Part shown: piece by piece, positions 11,993 to 23,704 of the stretch
Layout of the letters: each line of letters begins with the position of its first letter
How positions within the stretch are numbered: the stretch's first letter is position 1
Assembly: GCA_003990765.1 (NCBI GenBank)
Contig: RBNJ01000303.1
Span: 1-33,611 of the forward strand
DNA length: 33,611 bases
From: Jimgerdemannia flammicorona
Lineage: Eukaryota
Reading direction: 5' to 3'
Translations under genes and position numbers: made by a program
The notes under the pieces: model-generated
Told to the model about the DNA's origin: nothing
The model's input: the letters and a program-made list of their open reading frames with translations, nothing else
The model's database searches: none

Positions 11993-14677
11993 TGTCTTTC
12001 TATAGCTTATTGTGTAATACTAGTGATCTTGAGGGCTATGGCAGTACTTTATTGATTAATTATGATACTTCTTAAGTTAGTTTTGATAAAAGGTAGTAAG
12101 GATGATTATGTCTATAAGTTTTTATAGCCAAAAGATAGTTCTTTTTATATCTTGTACAAGGTAAGATCCTTCTTACTTAGGCTCTAGTTTATGTGATCAT
12201 GAAGCTTTTACTATATTCTAATATACTAGGACTTTGTCTCCTATCTTAATAATCTTCAGAGACTTGGAAATCATTTCTGCATTATTCTGTTATAGTGCCT
12301 GCACCTTAGTTATATAATCCTCAGCCTTCTTTCTGATTTGATATAGTCTTAGTATCTCTATATTTATATGTTTCTATATAACATCTCTATTAGATGATAA
12401 GATTTTTTGAGAACTTTCTTCTCTAAACAGTAAGAGATAAAATAGATACTTTGTAATTAGATATTCTAAAGAGCAGATAATGCTATTAGCAGATAGTGAT
12501 TCTAGTTTTAATAGTTATTACAGATCTTAGTAATAATATTCTTAAGAGTCTTGTTAGTTCTTTCTACTTATCTATTTCTTTAAAAATAATAGACTGTAGT
12601 CTGAATATACTAGATCCTATATTTCTTATAGAGAACCTCAAAGAACTGGTTCATAAATTCTATTCCTCTGTCTATAGTTACTTATGTTAGGGTCTTGAAT
12701 CAGCAGATGATTTCTTTGTAGAAGAAATTAGCAATTAACTATATATTAGCTTCTTTAAGAGATCCTGTCTCTATTTATTTTATAAAAAGGTCTATAGTGA
12801 TAATGATATAATAGTTGTTATTCAAAGTCAATAGTAGAGGACCAATTATATTTATTGCAATATAGGCAAAGGATATTGGTTATATATGTGCTGATCCTGA
12901 GGTCTGATTTTATTAATCTTATTTCTATTTCTGATATTTATTATAGGTCTTGACAAATTGTCTGATATCTTTCTCTATTCCTGGCTACTATATTGTTCTT
13001 CTTACTTTTTCATAAATATTTGTTCCTCCTAGATAGCTGAGTTCATAGACTAATTTTATCACTTACTTCTTCTTCTATTCAGATATAACTAATAGCTTTC
13101 TTTTCTTTAGTATTTCTCTATCAGTCTCAAATTATTTCTATATTTTATTGATAATTATTTATATCTATTCTTCCAGATATTGGGGCATCTTTTGCTGTTT
13201 CAGATAGATGATAATTCTATAGTAAAGTTTCTTATTCATAGTTGATTTGCTAGTTAGAGGTCCTTTGGAGTATCTGTGAGAGGACATCTGCATTGGTATT
13301 AGTTCTTCTAGAGTGGTGTACAATAGTTATATTATAGGCTTACAACTTTATAATCTATCTAACATAGATTTCTTTAGGTTGCTCAGTAATCAGTAGCTAG
13401 ATGAGGACTGAATGATCTATCTGAATAGTGAAGTATCTTTTAGCAAGATAGTAGTAGAATTTTTCTACAGTCCAAATAACTGTGAGACATTCTAACTTAT
13501 AGGATTTATATTCCTTTTTAGCTCCTTGGATTTCTTGACTAAGATATATAATAACATACTCTACTTTATCTTTCTTCTGAGCCAAGACTGCTCCTAGTTC
13601 TTATATATTTATATCTGTCTGCAAGATGAATTCTTGAATCCAATTAGATCTTCTGAGGATGGGTGCTTGGATCAGTCTGATCTTGAGTTCATCAAATATT
13701 TTTATTATTTGCCAGTTTATTAAAACTTAATATCCTTCTTATTGAATTCATAGATTGGACCTGTGATATTGAAGAATCCTTTAATAAATTAGTGATAGTA
13801 TGAGGTAAGTCCCATAAAGACTTAGACTTAGTAATAGTGATAGGCCTTAGATATACTACTACTGCTTGAATCTTAAGAGAGTTTATGTATGTTCCATCTT
13901 GATTGATGATATGACCAAGGTAGGAGATCTTAATTTCTGCAAATTTATACTTCTTGGACTTGATATATAAGCTATACTTTCTTAGCTTCTCCATTATCTA
14001 TTTTTCTATATTATAGTAGAAGATTTTATTTATCATTTACTAAAAGCTTACTGGTGTATTGTATATTCCAAATGATATTTATAAGTAGACATAAGTTCTA
14101 TCTAGGGTATGAAGGCTGATTTTTTACTTTCTACTTCAGTGAGACCAATTTGGTAGAATTCTGAGTATAAATATAAGGTACTGTAATACTGTACTTTATC
14201 TTCCAGAGTTATAAGAATATTACTAATAAGAGGCAGTAATTGGCAATCCTTCTTAGTAGTCAGATTGAGCTTTCTGTAATTGGTACAGAGTCTTGAAGTA
14301 AATTCTCCTAGTTTGCTTTCTTTTTTCAGGACCAATATAACTGGTAAAGCTCAAGAGCTACTGGCTTCTTTAATGATATTGATTTCTTCTATCTGCTTGA
14401 TTTCTTCTCTGAGCTATTTATAGTAGGCTGATAGAATTGACCTTACTTTTTGATAGATTGATTCAGTGTCTTCTATATCTACATCATAGTAGTAGTGTGG
14501 AGTCTTTCCCTTGATATCTTTAAAGTCTGTAATCAGAATATCATCAAATTTATAGAATATCTTCTTGAGTTCCTTCTTGAGTGGGAATTTATTTCCAATA
14601 GTATAACTATACTTGTTTATAGTTTCTTCCTTCTTGTAATTCAATTTAGTGATCTTAGTGCTGGCAAATATTCCTCT

Positions 14678-15095
14678 TTCAGTGAATTCAAATTCTTTTC
14701 TTCCTCTTTCTATTCTCTCTAACTTCTTGACTTCCATAATCTTTGGCTGAAGAACTGAGAAGATTAATATCTATCTGAGTCAGTTCTTCTTCTTGATTAG
14801 AAATAGAATTGTAGGGTTGTGATTTCTAGCAATAAATAGTTTTCTCCAATATAATCTAAATTAATAACCCCTTCTTTAATAGTAATCTCACTCTTGGCCA
14901 GACTGCTTCTTGTCTTGAGGATTCTGATATAGTTCTTTAGAATAGTCATCTCTAGACCAGTTGTAAGTAGGGTGGTTATCTGGAGCTCTAGTATAGTTTT
15001 CTCCACTATAGTGATATCTATTCTGGCTATATTCTCTGACTTATATTCTGGTAGAACTATATCAGAGTAGATTTTCCAAATCTTGACCTTGATTT
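14678..15095 (-). pseudogene. dUTPase domain embedded in Gypsy pol between protease and RT
   Basis: All five trimeric-dUTPase motifs are recognisable after reverting G>A/C>T: ARIDI (AGxD), KTRSSLAK (RSS), EGVINLDYIGE (GVIDxDYxGE), KKN*LR*ILI (GDRxxQ) and ERGRKEFEFTE (RGxxGFGSTG). Confidence 0.88.
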
Positions 15096-17249
15096 TTTCT
15101 TCATCATCACTGTTCTCCAAGAGGGCAGATGATTTATCATCCTCTTTCTCCTTCTTCTCTTCTCTTGTCTATTTCTCAAAAACCTTCTGTTTTCTTTTAT
15201 AGTAGATCTTCTTGATTCAACTGGTATACTTGTAGTAATCATTGACATACTCCATATAATATATCTTGATTTTGTGAGAGCAGACTCTTTGTAGTATATA
15301 TCCTTCAATAATTCTCTCATATCATTCTTCTTTACTAATCTATCTAACTTTCTTCTTCTTTTTCTAAGTAGTTACCATATAGGTTTCTTCTTGCTTACTT
15401 TCTTCTTTCAAGTACTTCTTTGTTGACATTGATAAGAATTCACATCTTCTGACCTTAATAGATAATCTGCATCTTTTTCTAAGCATTTAGATCAATTATT
15501 GCTCTGGCTTTATGAAGTCACTGGTTGCTAATAAGGATTTCATAGTTGGTAGCATTGGTTATGATGACATCTACTGAGATAGTTATTCCTTCAAACTTAA
15601 TAAAAATATTCTAGATCTTTCCTAAAGATATGACTCTTATACTATCTACTATAATAAATATTAATTTGATTACTTCTTCAACCTCCCAACCTAGGCAGTT
15701 TGCTGCTTTCTTGCTGAGAAGACATCTCCTTACTCTAATGTTAATAATGACTTTAAAGATTCTATCTTTGATTTGATAGGTTACATAGGTAGTTGTTTTT
15801 ACTTTCTTTTTCTGAGTCCTCTTGATTATTGTTGACCTTAGTTATCTTACATCCTTACTTCTTAGTTGTCTTGATAAGTCTATATTCCATTTACTATCTG
15901 AATATAAGTATTTCTACCAGTTGGCTGAAGGTTATATTAACCTTTTATTAACTGAGGTCCTTGAAAATATCATACTTAAAAGTCTTAATTTTGCAGAGCT
16001 TCTTCTTCTTTTCTCCTTTGCTAGCTGGCATAGTTTCTCAAATGATATTCTGAATAGCCTGTTCCAGCTCTATATTCTGATCTATTTCTTCTACTTAACT
16101 TTCTATAGTAGTCTCTATCTATTTCTCAACTGGGTTCTTTTTTGGTCTCTCTGGTGGTCTCTTATAGAATTCCTTTCAGACATCCTTCTTAGTAGTCTGA
16201 GTAAGATAGATCTCTCATTCTTCTTTATCTAATTCTCTGATCTCTTTGAAGATAGTAGTATTGATTTGTTCTTTATTCCTTATAGTATTACTTGGCTGAG
16301 TCTTATACTTGGTCTCACTTATATATTCATATAAGTAGTGGCCTTCTTCTCTACAGCTATAATAGATATCTCTCTTCATGTCTAAGATGGTGACAAACTT
16401 CTGAACTGGGCAATAATCTCTTCCTCTGATCTTTTTTATCATATCTTCTAGATGGACTATTATTTTAGCAAACTTTTTAGCAAGTTCCTCCATAGGGTCA
16501 CTATTTCTCTGCTATTCAATAGCTCTTGATTTAGGTGTGTTTCAATTAATCACTATGATAGAGATCATGCTAGTTATCTTAGATGCTTTAATTCTAACTC
16601 TAGTGACTCTTTCCATTATATAGTTTTGTAAATATCTGACTATCTAGTATTACTGGATATAGGTGATCTTCTATGCTAGATCTAGGACTATTAGTGATAA
16701 GCAGATAACCATAGCTATCTCTGGGTGAACTCTTTTCATAAAGGTTGCTTCAGCTACTTAATCTTGGATAGCATCAGTATAATCTGTAAAGATTATCTAA
16801 TATTAAATTCTAGTATAAAATATATTTAGATTCTCACTCATTCCTTGATATATTATATTGAGCTAATTCTTCAGAGCTTGTTTGATCTTATCTATCTAGT
16901 AGGTGGCTTAGAGCCAGGCCTTCTATACTGTCAGCATAGTATTATTATTATTTCTCATATAAGTTATAGCTATGAATGCTGCTCTTGCTGAGCCTCATAG
17001 ACTGAAGGGCATGAGAACTATTTACTATCTTGCTATCAGGGTCCTTATAGTATCATATTACTCAAAATCATTAATAAAGGTGATAATTGATTTATTTGAA
17101 GTATATCTATAGAATACTAGTAGTCTCATATCTATCTTATCTGGATATCTTGGTTCAATTTATATGATTGTTCAGATGATAGCAGTTGTTCATTATTTAG
17201 CTTGAAAGTGAGAGATTCATCTTAAATTACTAGTCAATAGATACTAAGT

Positions 17250-17732
17250 TGTAACATAGTAAATGTATAACTATAGAAGTATATCAGATTTCTGTATTTT
17301 GAAAACTTGATCTTTTTTAACTCCACAGAGTTCTCAGGATATAGAAGTAAGTAAGTTTGAATATGTATCTGCCTATAGGCTTACTAGTTCTCTTGCTTTC
17401 TCTTTTACTTTGAACTATTTCAATCTGAGATTTATTCACTCTAGATACTGGAAATATTTATATAAGTTTACTAGCTATAAGATGGCTAAGTTATGACTAT
17501 ATTTTCTGTGAGTTACTTTTTATAAATATTAATTCTTAACATCTGTTAAATCTTGACAATCATCAAGATTTAACATCTGTGAAATCAAAAACTTAATATT
17601 TGTTAAAACTCTATATTTGTGAAATATAACTGTTATTTGTAAAGCTATACTATATTTGAAAATTAGATTCAGATACTGTAATCAAATATCTATTCTCTTG
17701 ATTTATGTTTCTAATTTAAATCAACTATCATA
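17250..17732 (-). repeat. 5' LTR of Gypsy A copy 1
   Basis: Direct repeat of 11112-11604. The differences are almost all transitions. Confidence 0.9.
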
Positions 17733-18420
17733 ATAGCTAAAGGAGTTATAAACTAAGGATTCAAAGGTGAAATCAAGATTCTCTTATATAATACTAAATA
17801 GAAGATAGTTGAAATTATATATAGAAAATAAATCACTCAAGCTATTATTAAGATAATATATAATAATCTTAAAGTCAAAGAAACAAATAAACTGTTACCC
17901 TCTGATAGAGGAGAAGAAACTTTTAGATCAATAGAAAAGTATACTAACAAGACTAAGGAGAAAACTAAGATATGGAAGATCATTTATATTGAAGAATCTC
18001 AGATCAAGACCAGAAATAATATTTTTATAAAATTAAAATATACTTTTTTGAATATAGAAGAATATATTATATATATTCTCAAATCTAAGAAGTATAAGTC
18101 AACTATCTCAGAATAATAGAATAAAGAAATTAAGAATATCAATAATAAAGATAGAGAAGTATAAGATTGAGAAGAAGAAACTATCTCAGAAATAATTGCT
18201 ATCTTGTAAGAAGACAATATAGAATATATCTATTCCCAAGAGAAAATCAAAAAAAATCCTATTGAAGTCCTTATTGATAGTCAAGTAAGTAAGTATTATC
18301 TTAATAAAGGAACTACTGATAAATTCTATCTTAAGATATAGAGATATCTAGAAGATTGATAGCTTCTTAAGCCAACTGATAAGCTCTTTAAGTAAGGGCA
18401 AAACTAGTTCATAATATCCA
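17733..18420 (+). mobile_element. Hypermutated gag/protease-like relic of an older LTR element
   Basis: IEVLIDSQVS at 18261-18290 resembles the retroviral aspartic protease motif LIDSGAS, in a purine-rich coding-like context with many stops. Confidence 0.4.
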
Positions 18421-19077
18421 AGCAGACTTCTGTTTTCAAGTATGCAGCAAAATTTTATGAAGATATGTAACTTTATAATTTATAAAAAAAAAAGAGATAT
18501 TCAGAAGGAAATATTATTATATTCAGAAATAGAATAATATAAAAACTCTCTAAGATATATAAGAATATATTTTTATAACTTAGAAATTATATCATAAGAT
18601 AAATCTTTTACTAGTACTCTCAAATAAATTAAATCAATTTAAATCAAAATCAAATTGGAGATTTTAATATTTAAATTAAATTTGAATTAAATTAAATTTA
18701 AATTGAATTGAGGGTCTAATTTGAATTAGTTAAATTAAATTAAACATTAATTCAAGATTCTTAGTAGCTTACTATATTATGAGATAATCTATTCTTTATT
18801 TGAAAGATATATTACTTAAAATTTATATATAACTAATATACATTTTTGAAATTCTCATATATATAACTAGTCCTAGTTTTGATCTTAGCTATATCTGGCT
18901 ATAGTGATAGTTATATGGTAAGTATTATTATATGACCCCCTTTTTAACAAAAGATCAGAAATTAATAGATTGAGTTATTAACAGATTTTAAGAAGAATAC
19001 AATATAGGTTTCTATATCTTTTACAATTTTTGCAGCTTATATGAGATTGATCTTTAATTTTTAAAGTAGTAGCTTAG

Positions 19078-19445
19078 ATAGTAATAGTGGCTTAAGCTTG
19101 AGTAGTGGCTTGAGCTTAAGCAGTAGCTTGAGCTTAGGTAGTAGCTTAGATAGTAGTAGTAGTGATAGTAGTAGCTTGAGTGATAGTGATAGCTTAGACT
19201 ATGACAGTAGAAGTAATAGTAGTAGTAGCTTGAGCTTAGACAGTAACTTAGACTAGGGCAGCAGCTTGAGCTTAGATAGTAGTTTAGGCTTAGATAGTAA
19301 CTTGGGCTTAAGTAATAGCTTAGACTAAAGTAGTAACTTAGGCTTGAATAGTAGCTTAGGCTTAAGTAGCAGCTTGGGCTTGAGTGGTGGCTTTAGAGGT
19401 CTTAGAAGTGAAGGCTTCAGGAGTAGCCTGAGGGATAGCTTCAGG
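19078..19445. repeat. Degenerate low-complexity tandem repeat with 6/18-bp periodicity (AGTAGCTTGAGCTTAGAT-like)
   Basis: Repeated agtagcttga/gcttag units. Probably a deaminated GC-rich repeat encoding Pro/Lys-rich sequence on the minus strand. Confidence 0.75.
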
Positions 19446-19696
19446 GTAGTCCTTGAGATAAATTACTTAATTACTTCTTCAATCTTTTTCTTCTTCTTAT
19501 ATTTATCATCAGTCTTAGGTTCTTCATTATCTAACTAGATGACAACTTTATTGATAGTATTATTTATATTCTCAAAGACTCCAGAAAGATAATTAATAAA
19601 GAATTAAAGTTTTTTATGAGATAAGATTATTTTTTATTTTTTTATTTTGTTTTTTATTATTAAAGCTAGTTTATTTATATATATTTTATCTATATT

Positions 19697-20080
19697 TGTT
19701 ACAATATCTGAAACTCTTAGCTTATACTTATTACTTATAGGCTTGTATTTATTACAATATTTGAAACTCTCAATTTATACTTATTACTTATAAGATTATA
19801 GACTTATAGACTTATACTTGTTATAATATTAAAAACTCTTAGCTTATCCTTATTATTTGTAGGATTATAGACTTATACTTATTACAATATTTGAAGCTCT
19901 TAGCTTATGCTTATTGCTCATAAGATTGTAGACTTGCAGGCTTACTCTTATTGTAATATTTGAAGCTCTCAGCTTATATTTATTACTTAGGAGATTATAG
20001 ACTTATAGGTTTACACTTATTATAATATTCAAAGCTCTTGACTTATGTTTGTTATTTTCAGACTTATAGGCTTATAAGCT
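19697..20080. repeat. Degenerate minisatellite, about 6 units of 53-69 bp
   Basis: The anchor ACAATATTTGAAGCTCT-like motif occurs at 19701, 19754, 19823, 19884, 19953 and 20022 (spacings 53, 69, 61, 69, 69). Confidence 0.85.
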
Positions 20081-20114
20081 TACAAATATAAGAATTTTAG
20101 ATATAGTAACTAAG

Positions 20115-23100
20115 TAGGAGTATTCACTAGTATCAAGATCACTGAGCTAGAGCACAAAAAGGAAGAAACTACAAACAAGTACAGCTATACTATTGAAAAT
20201 GAATTCTCACTCAAGGTGGAGCTCAAGAAAATATTTTACAAATTTGAAGATATTCTCACTACAGATTTCAAGGATATCAAAGAAAAGACTCCACACTACT
20301 ATTATGATATAGATACTAGAGATACTGAACCAATTTACCAGAAGACAAGATCCATCCCACTAGCTTACTGAGAATGGCTCAAAGAAGAAATCAAGCAGAT
20401 AGAAGAGCTGGCATCATTAAGGAGACCAGTAGCCCCTGGTCTTCACCAGTTATACTAGCTCTGAAGAAAGGAAGTAAGCCTAGAGAATTCACCCCAAGAC
20501 TCTATATTGATTACAGAAAGCTCAATATAGTTACCAAGAAGGATTGCCAACCACTACCACTTATCAATGATATGTATCCTTATAACTTTGAGAGATAAAG
20601 CTCAGTACTACAGTACCTTAGATCTATACTCAGGATTCTACCAAATTAGACTCACAGAACAGCAAGTGAGATATCAGCCTTCATCATCTCAGATAGAACC
20701 TATATCTACCTATGAATACCATTTGGAATATATAATATCTCTGCAAGCTTCCAGCAAATGATAAACAAAATCTTCTACCATGATATGAGAAGATAGATGA
20801 TAGTTTATATGGATGATGTTATTATCTACAGCAAGACAGCCAAGGAATACCTGCAGCACATCAAGCAGATAATAGAAAAGCTAAGGTAGCATAGTCTTTA
20901 TATCAAGCCCAAGAAGTACAAATTCACAGAAATTGAAATTATCTATCTTGGCTACATCATTAATCAAGATGGAACATATACAGACCCTCTCAAGATTCAA
21001 GCAGTGCAGTATACCCAAGGCCTACCATAGTTACAGAAGTCCAAGCCTTCATGGGACTTACCTCATACTACTGCTGATTTATCAGAGGATTCTCTAACAT
21101 TGTAGACCCAATCTATGAACTCAATAAGAAAGATACTAAGTTCTAATAGACTGGTAGATAATAAAAAGTATTTGAAGAACTTAAGGTCAGATGGATTCAG
21201 ACATCTATCCTCAGAAGACCTAATTGAACTCAAGAATTCATTCTATAGACAGATGCAAGTGCCCAGAGACTAGGAGTAGTTCTAGCCCAAAAGAAAGACA
21301 AAGTAGAGTATATATATCATTATATACCTAAGTTGAGGAACTTGAGGAGCCAAAAAAGAATATGAATTCTACAAGTTAAAATATCTTGCAGTTATCTGGG
21401 CTGTAGAAAAGTTCTATTACTATCTTGCTAGAAGATACTTCACTATTCAGACAGACCACTTAGCCCTTACTTGGCTACTGACCAATGGACAATCCAAAGG
21501 AATTTATGTCAGATAGATCATAAAGTTGCAAGCATATAACATAATCATTGTGCACTACCCAGGAAGAACTAATACCAATGCAGATACCCTCTCATAGATA
21601 CCCTGAAGAACTCCCAACCAGCAAATTAATTATGAATAAGGAGCTCTACTATGGAATAATCACCTATCTGAGACAGTGAAAGACCCAATATCTGAAAGAA
21701 TGGACATAAACAATTATTAACAGAACATAGAAACAATTCAAAACCAATAAAGAAATATTAAAGAAAGAAAAGTTACTAATCATACTAAAATATAAGAAGG
21801 AGTAAGCAATGAAATCAGTATATGAACTTGGTCATCTGAGAGGAACAAATATATATAACAAAGTAAGAAGAATGATATGGTGGCCAGGAATAGAGGAAGA
21901 TATCAGACAATTTGTCAAGACCTGTGACAAATGTCAGAAACAGAAACAAGATTAATGAAATTAAGCCTCAGGATCAGTACACATAGAACTAGTACAATTT
22001 TCCCATATTGTAATAGATATAATTGGCTCTCTATCCTTGACTTTGACCAGCAACCAATAAATCATTGTCATTATAGACCTTTTCACAAAATGGATAGAAG
22101 CAGGACTCCTCAAGGAAGCCAATGTATAGTCAATTGCTGATTTCTTTCACAAAGAAATCATCTACTAGTTCAAGACCCCAACACAAGTAACTACAGATAG
22201 AGGAACAGAATTTGTGAACCAGTTCTTCGAGATTCTCTACAAGAAGTATAAGATCCAGCACATTTAGACTACAGCATACCATTCTCAAAGAAATAGACAG
22301 ACAGAAAGAACCAATAAGACTCTCAAAAATATTATTACCAAGATCTGCAATAACTATGAAACCTAGGATCACTATCTGCCAATAAAATTATCTACTCTCC
22401 AGGATATTGATCATAAAACACCCATTTCACCTCTTGAGAAATGCTGTTTGGAGAAGAAGGTTCTTAAGAAACCCTATCATCCAATAGAGATGTTATATGG
22501 AAATATATGGATGGAGAAATATGGAGACTATACCAAATCAGGAAGAAGACTGAGGATTACATAATCAAGATACAAGCACTATAACAGAATAATGTAGAAA
22601 AAGTTCATAAGCCCCTGGAGATTATCAAGATAGGAGACAAAGTCCTGGTGTATTGGAATATAGTAGAAGCTTCATGGCCATAAAAACTGGAGCCTAAGTG
22701 GAAAGGACCTTACCTTGTGCAAGATATAAAAGAGACTACCTTTTGGCTATGAAAACTCTCAGACATAATCATCTCTACTACTATTCACTAAAACTGACTC
22801 AAGAAGTATCATGGCTAGTTAATGAAGTATAGCTACAGCCCTCAAGATTACTAGTACTACACAACAAGCCATAGAAAGACAATGGTATACTACTGAGTCA
22901 CCCATAATGGAGAAATCCTTTGACAGTATCCAAAGTATAGTACAGATACATCTATCACAAATTTCACACTTCAAGGTCTACCAGAATTAGACAGAGCTTC
23001 AAGAATACTTCAAGTTAGAACATACTGAATTCACAGTCAGAAATGGAAAAAGAAGACTGGATCAGAGAGTACCAGCTCTCTTATTTTCAAAGATAATGAG

Positions 23101-23369
23101 GCAGCCCTAGCCCATTTCTAAGAAGTAGTTCCAGGAGATTTTGGACACATTAAGTGATACTATTGAGAGAACATAATGATACAAATTGTATAGTACAAGA
23201 AGATACAAATTATAGAAGCTTGGGAGTTTGAGTGAATAGGATATTTCAGAGATGAATCACCTATTCAGGAGGAAGTTGTAATGGTTGATTCAAATTAGGA
23301 ACAAGAATTAGGGGAATTAGACATTTGATTGTGGTACCTGAGCCCAATTCCCAATATAGTATAATCTTA
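20115..23369 (+). mobile_element. Gypsy A copy 2, 5'-truncated (RT-RH-IN-ORF3-PPT-partial 3' LTR)
   Basis: Colinear with the reverse complement of ~11510-14675. Motifs: SSPWSSPVIL, RLYIDYRKLN, IVYMDDVIIYS (~20800), RNase H TDAS, integrase GHL...CDKCQ and TDRGTEF. PPT at 23266-23276. The LTR starts TGTAAT at 23277 and is cut at 23369. Confidence 0.93.
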
Positions 23370-23704
23370 GAGGAGGAGGAAGGCCCAGCGGGAGCCATGG
23401 GAGCAAACCCAAAGCCAGTGTTAAAGCAAATGGAAGACATGTGGAAAAGCATATATAAAGGGGACAAACAAAGAATGTAACTGAAATTGCATCAGCCATT
23501 TATTGCTACGTAAAAACATAGTCCTTATATATAAAATACGATATCCCAAAAGGGAGGACATGCCACAACTCGAGGCAAACCGAATTAGGAATCACATGAC
23601 TGCTGGAGATAGGCGGAGATAAGAGGGGAGTCAATCCCAGTTGTAGGATAAAAATCACAAACAAACACAAATAAAACAAATCCAAATCAAGATTAAAAAA
23701 CATC
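23370..23704 (-). repeat. Inverted copy of the distal ~335 bp of the PLE pseudo-LTR
   Basis: Reverse complement of 23858-24189 and 27497-27831, from GATGTTTTTTAATC to CTTCCTCCTCCTC. Confidence 0.95.

Larger units (their letters stand above)
11112..17732 (-). mobile_element. Full-length degenerate Ty3/Gypsy LTR retrotransposon, family A copy 1 (gag-PR-dUTPase-RT-RH-IN-ORF3)
   Basis: Two ~490-bp direct repeats (TGTAAC...GTTACA consensus) and a PPT (CAGGAAGAAGT on the minus strand) next to 11604. Internal relics: zinc knuckle YYSCREEGH (~16330-16360), protease KVIINIRVRRCLL (~15720-15755), RT RLCTNYRKLN and YLGHII, RNase H SYKLECLTVIWTVEKFYYYL and DHS, and integrase. The order RT-RH-IN is that of Gypsy. 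Confidence 0.93.

Noticed and set aside
17231..17249. tRNA-Met PBS for family A
   Set aside because: Only TAGTATC resembles TGGTATC and the rest does not match, so the primer cannot be assigned.
18610..18770. hAT-like subterminal repeats (AATTAAATT as deaminated AACCGAACC)
   Set aside because: Too eroded, and no partner terminus, TSD or transposase was found.
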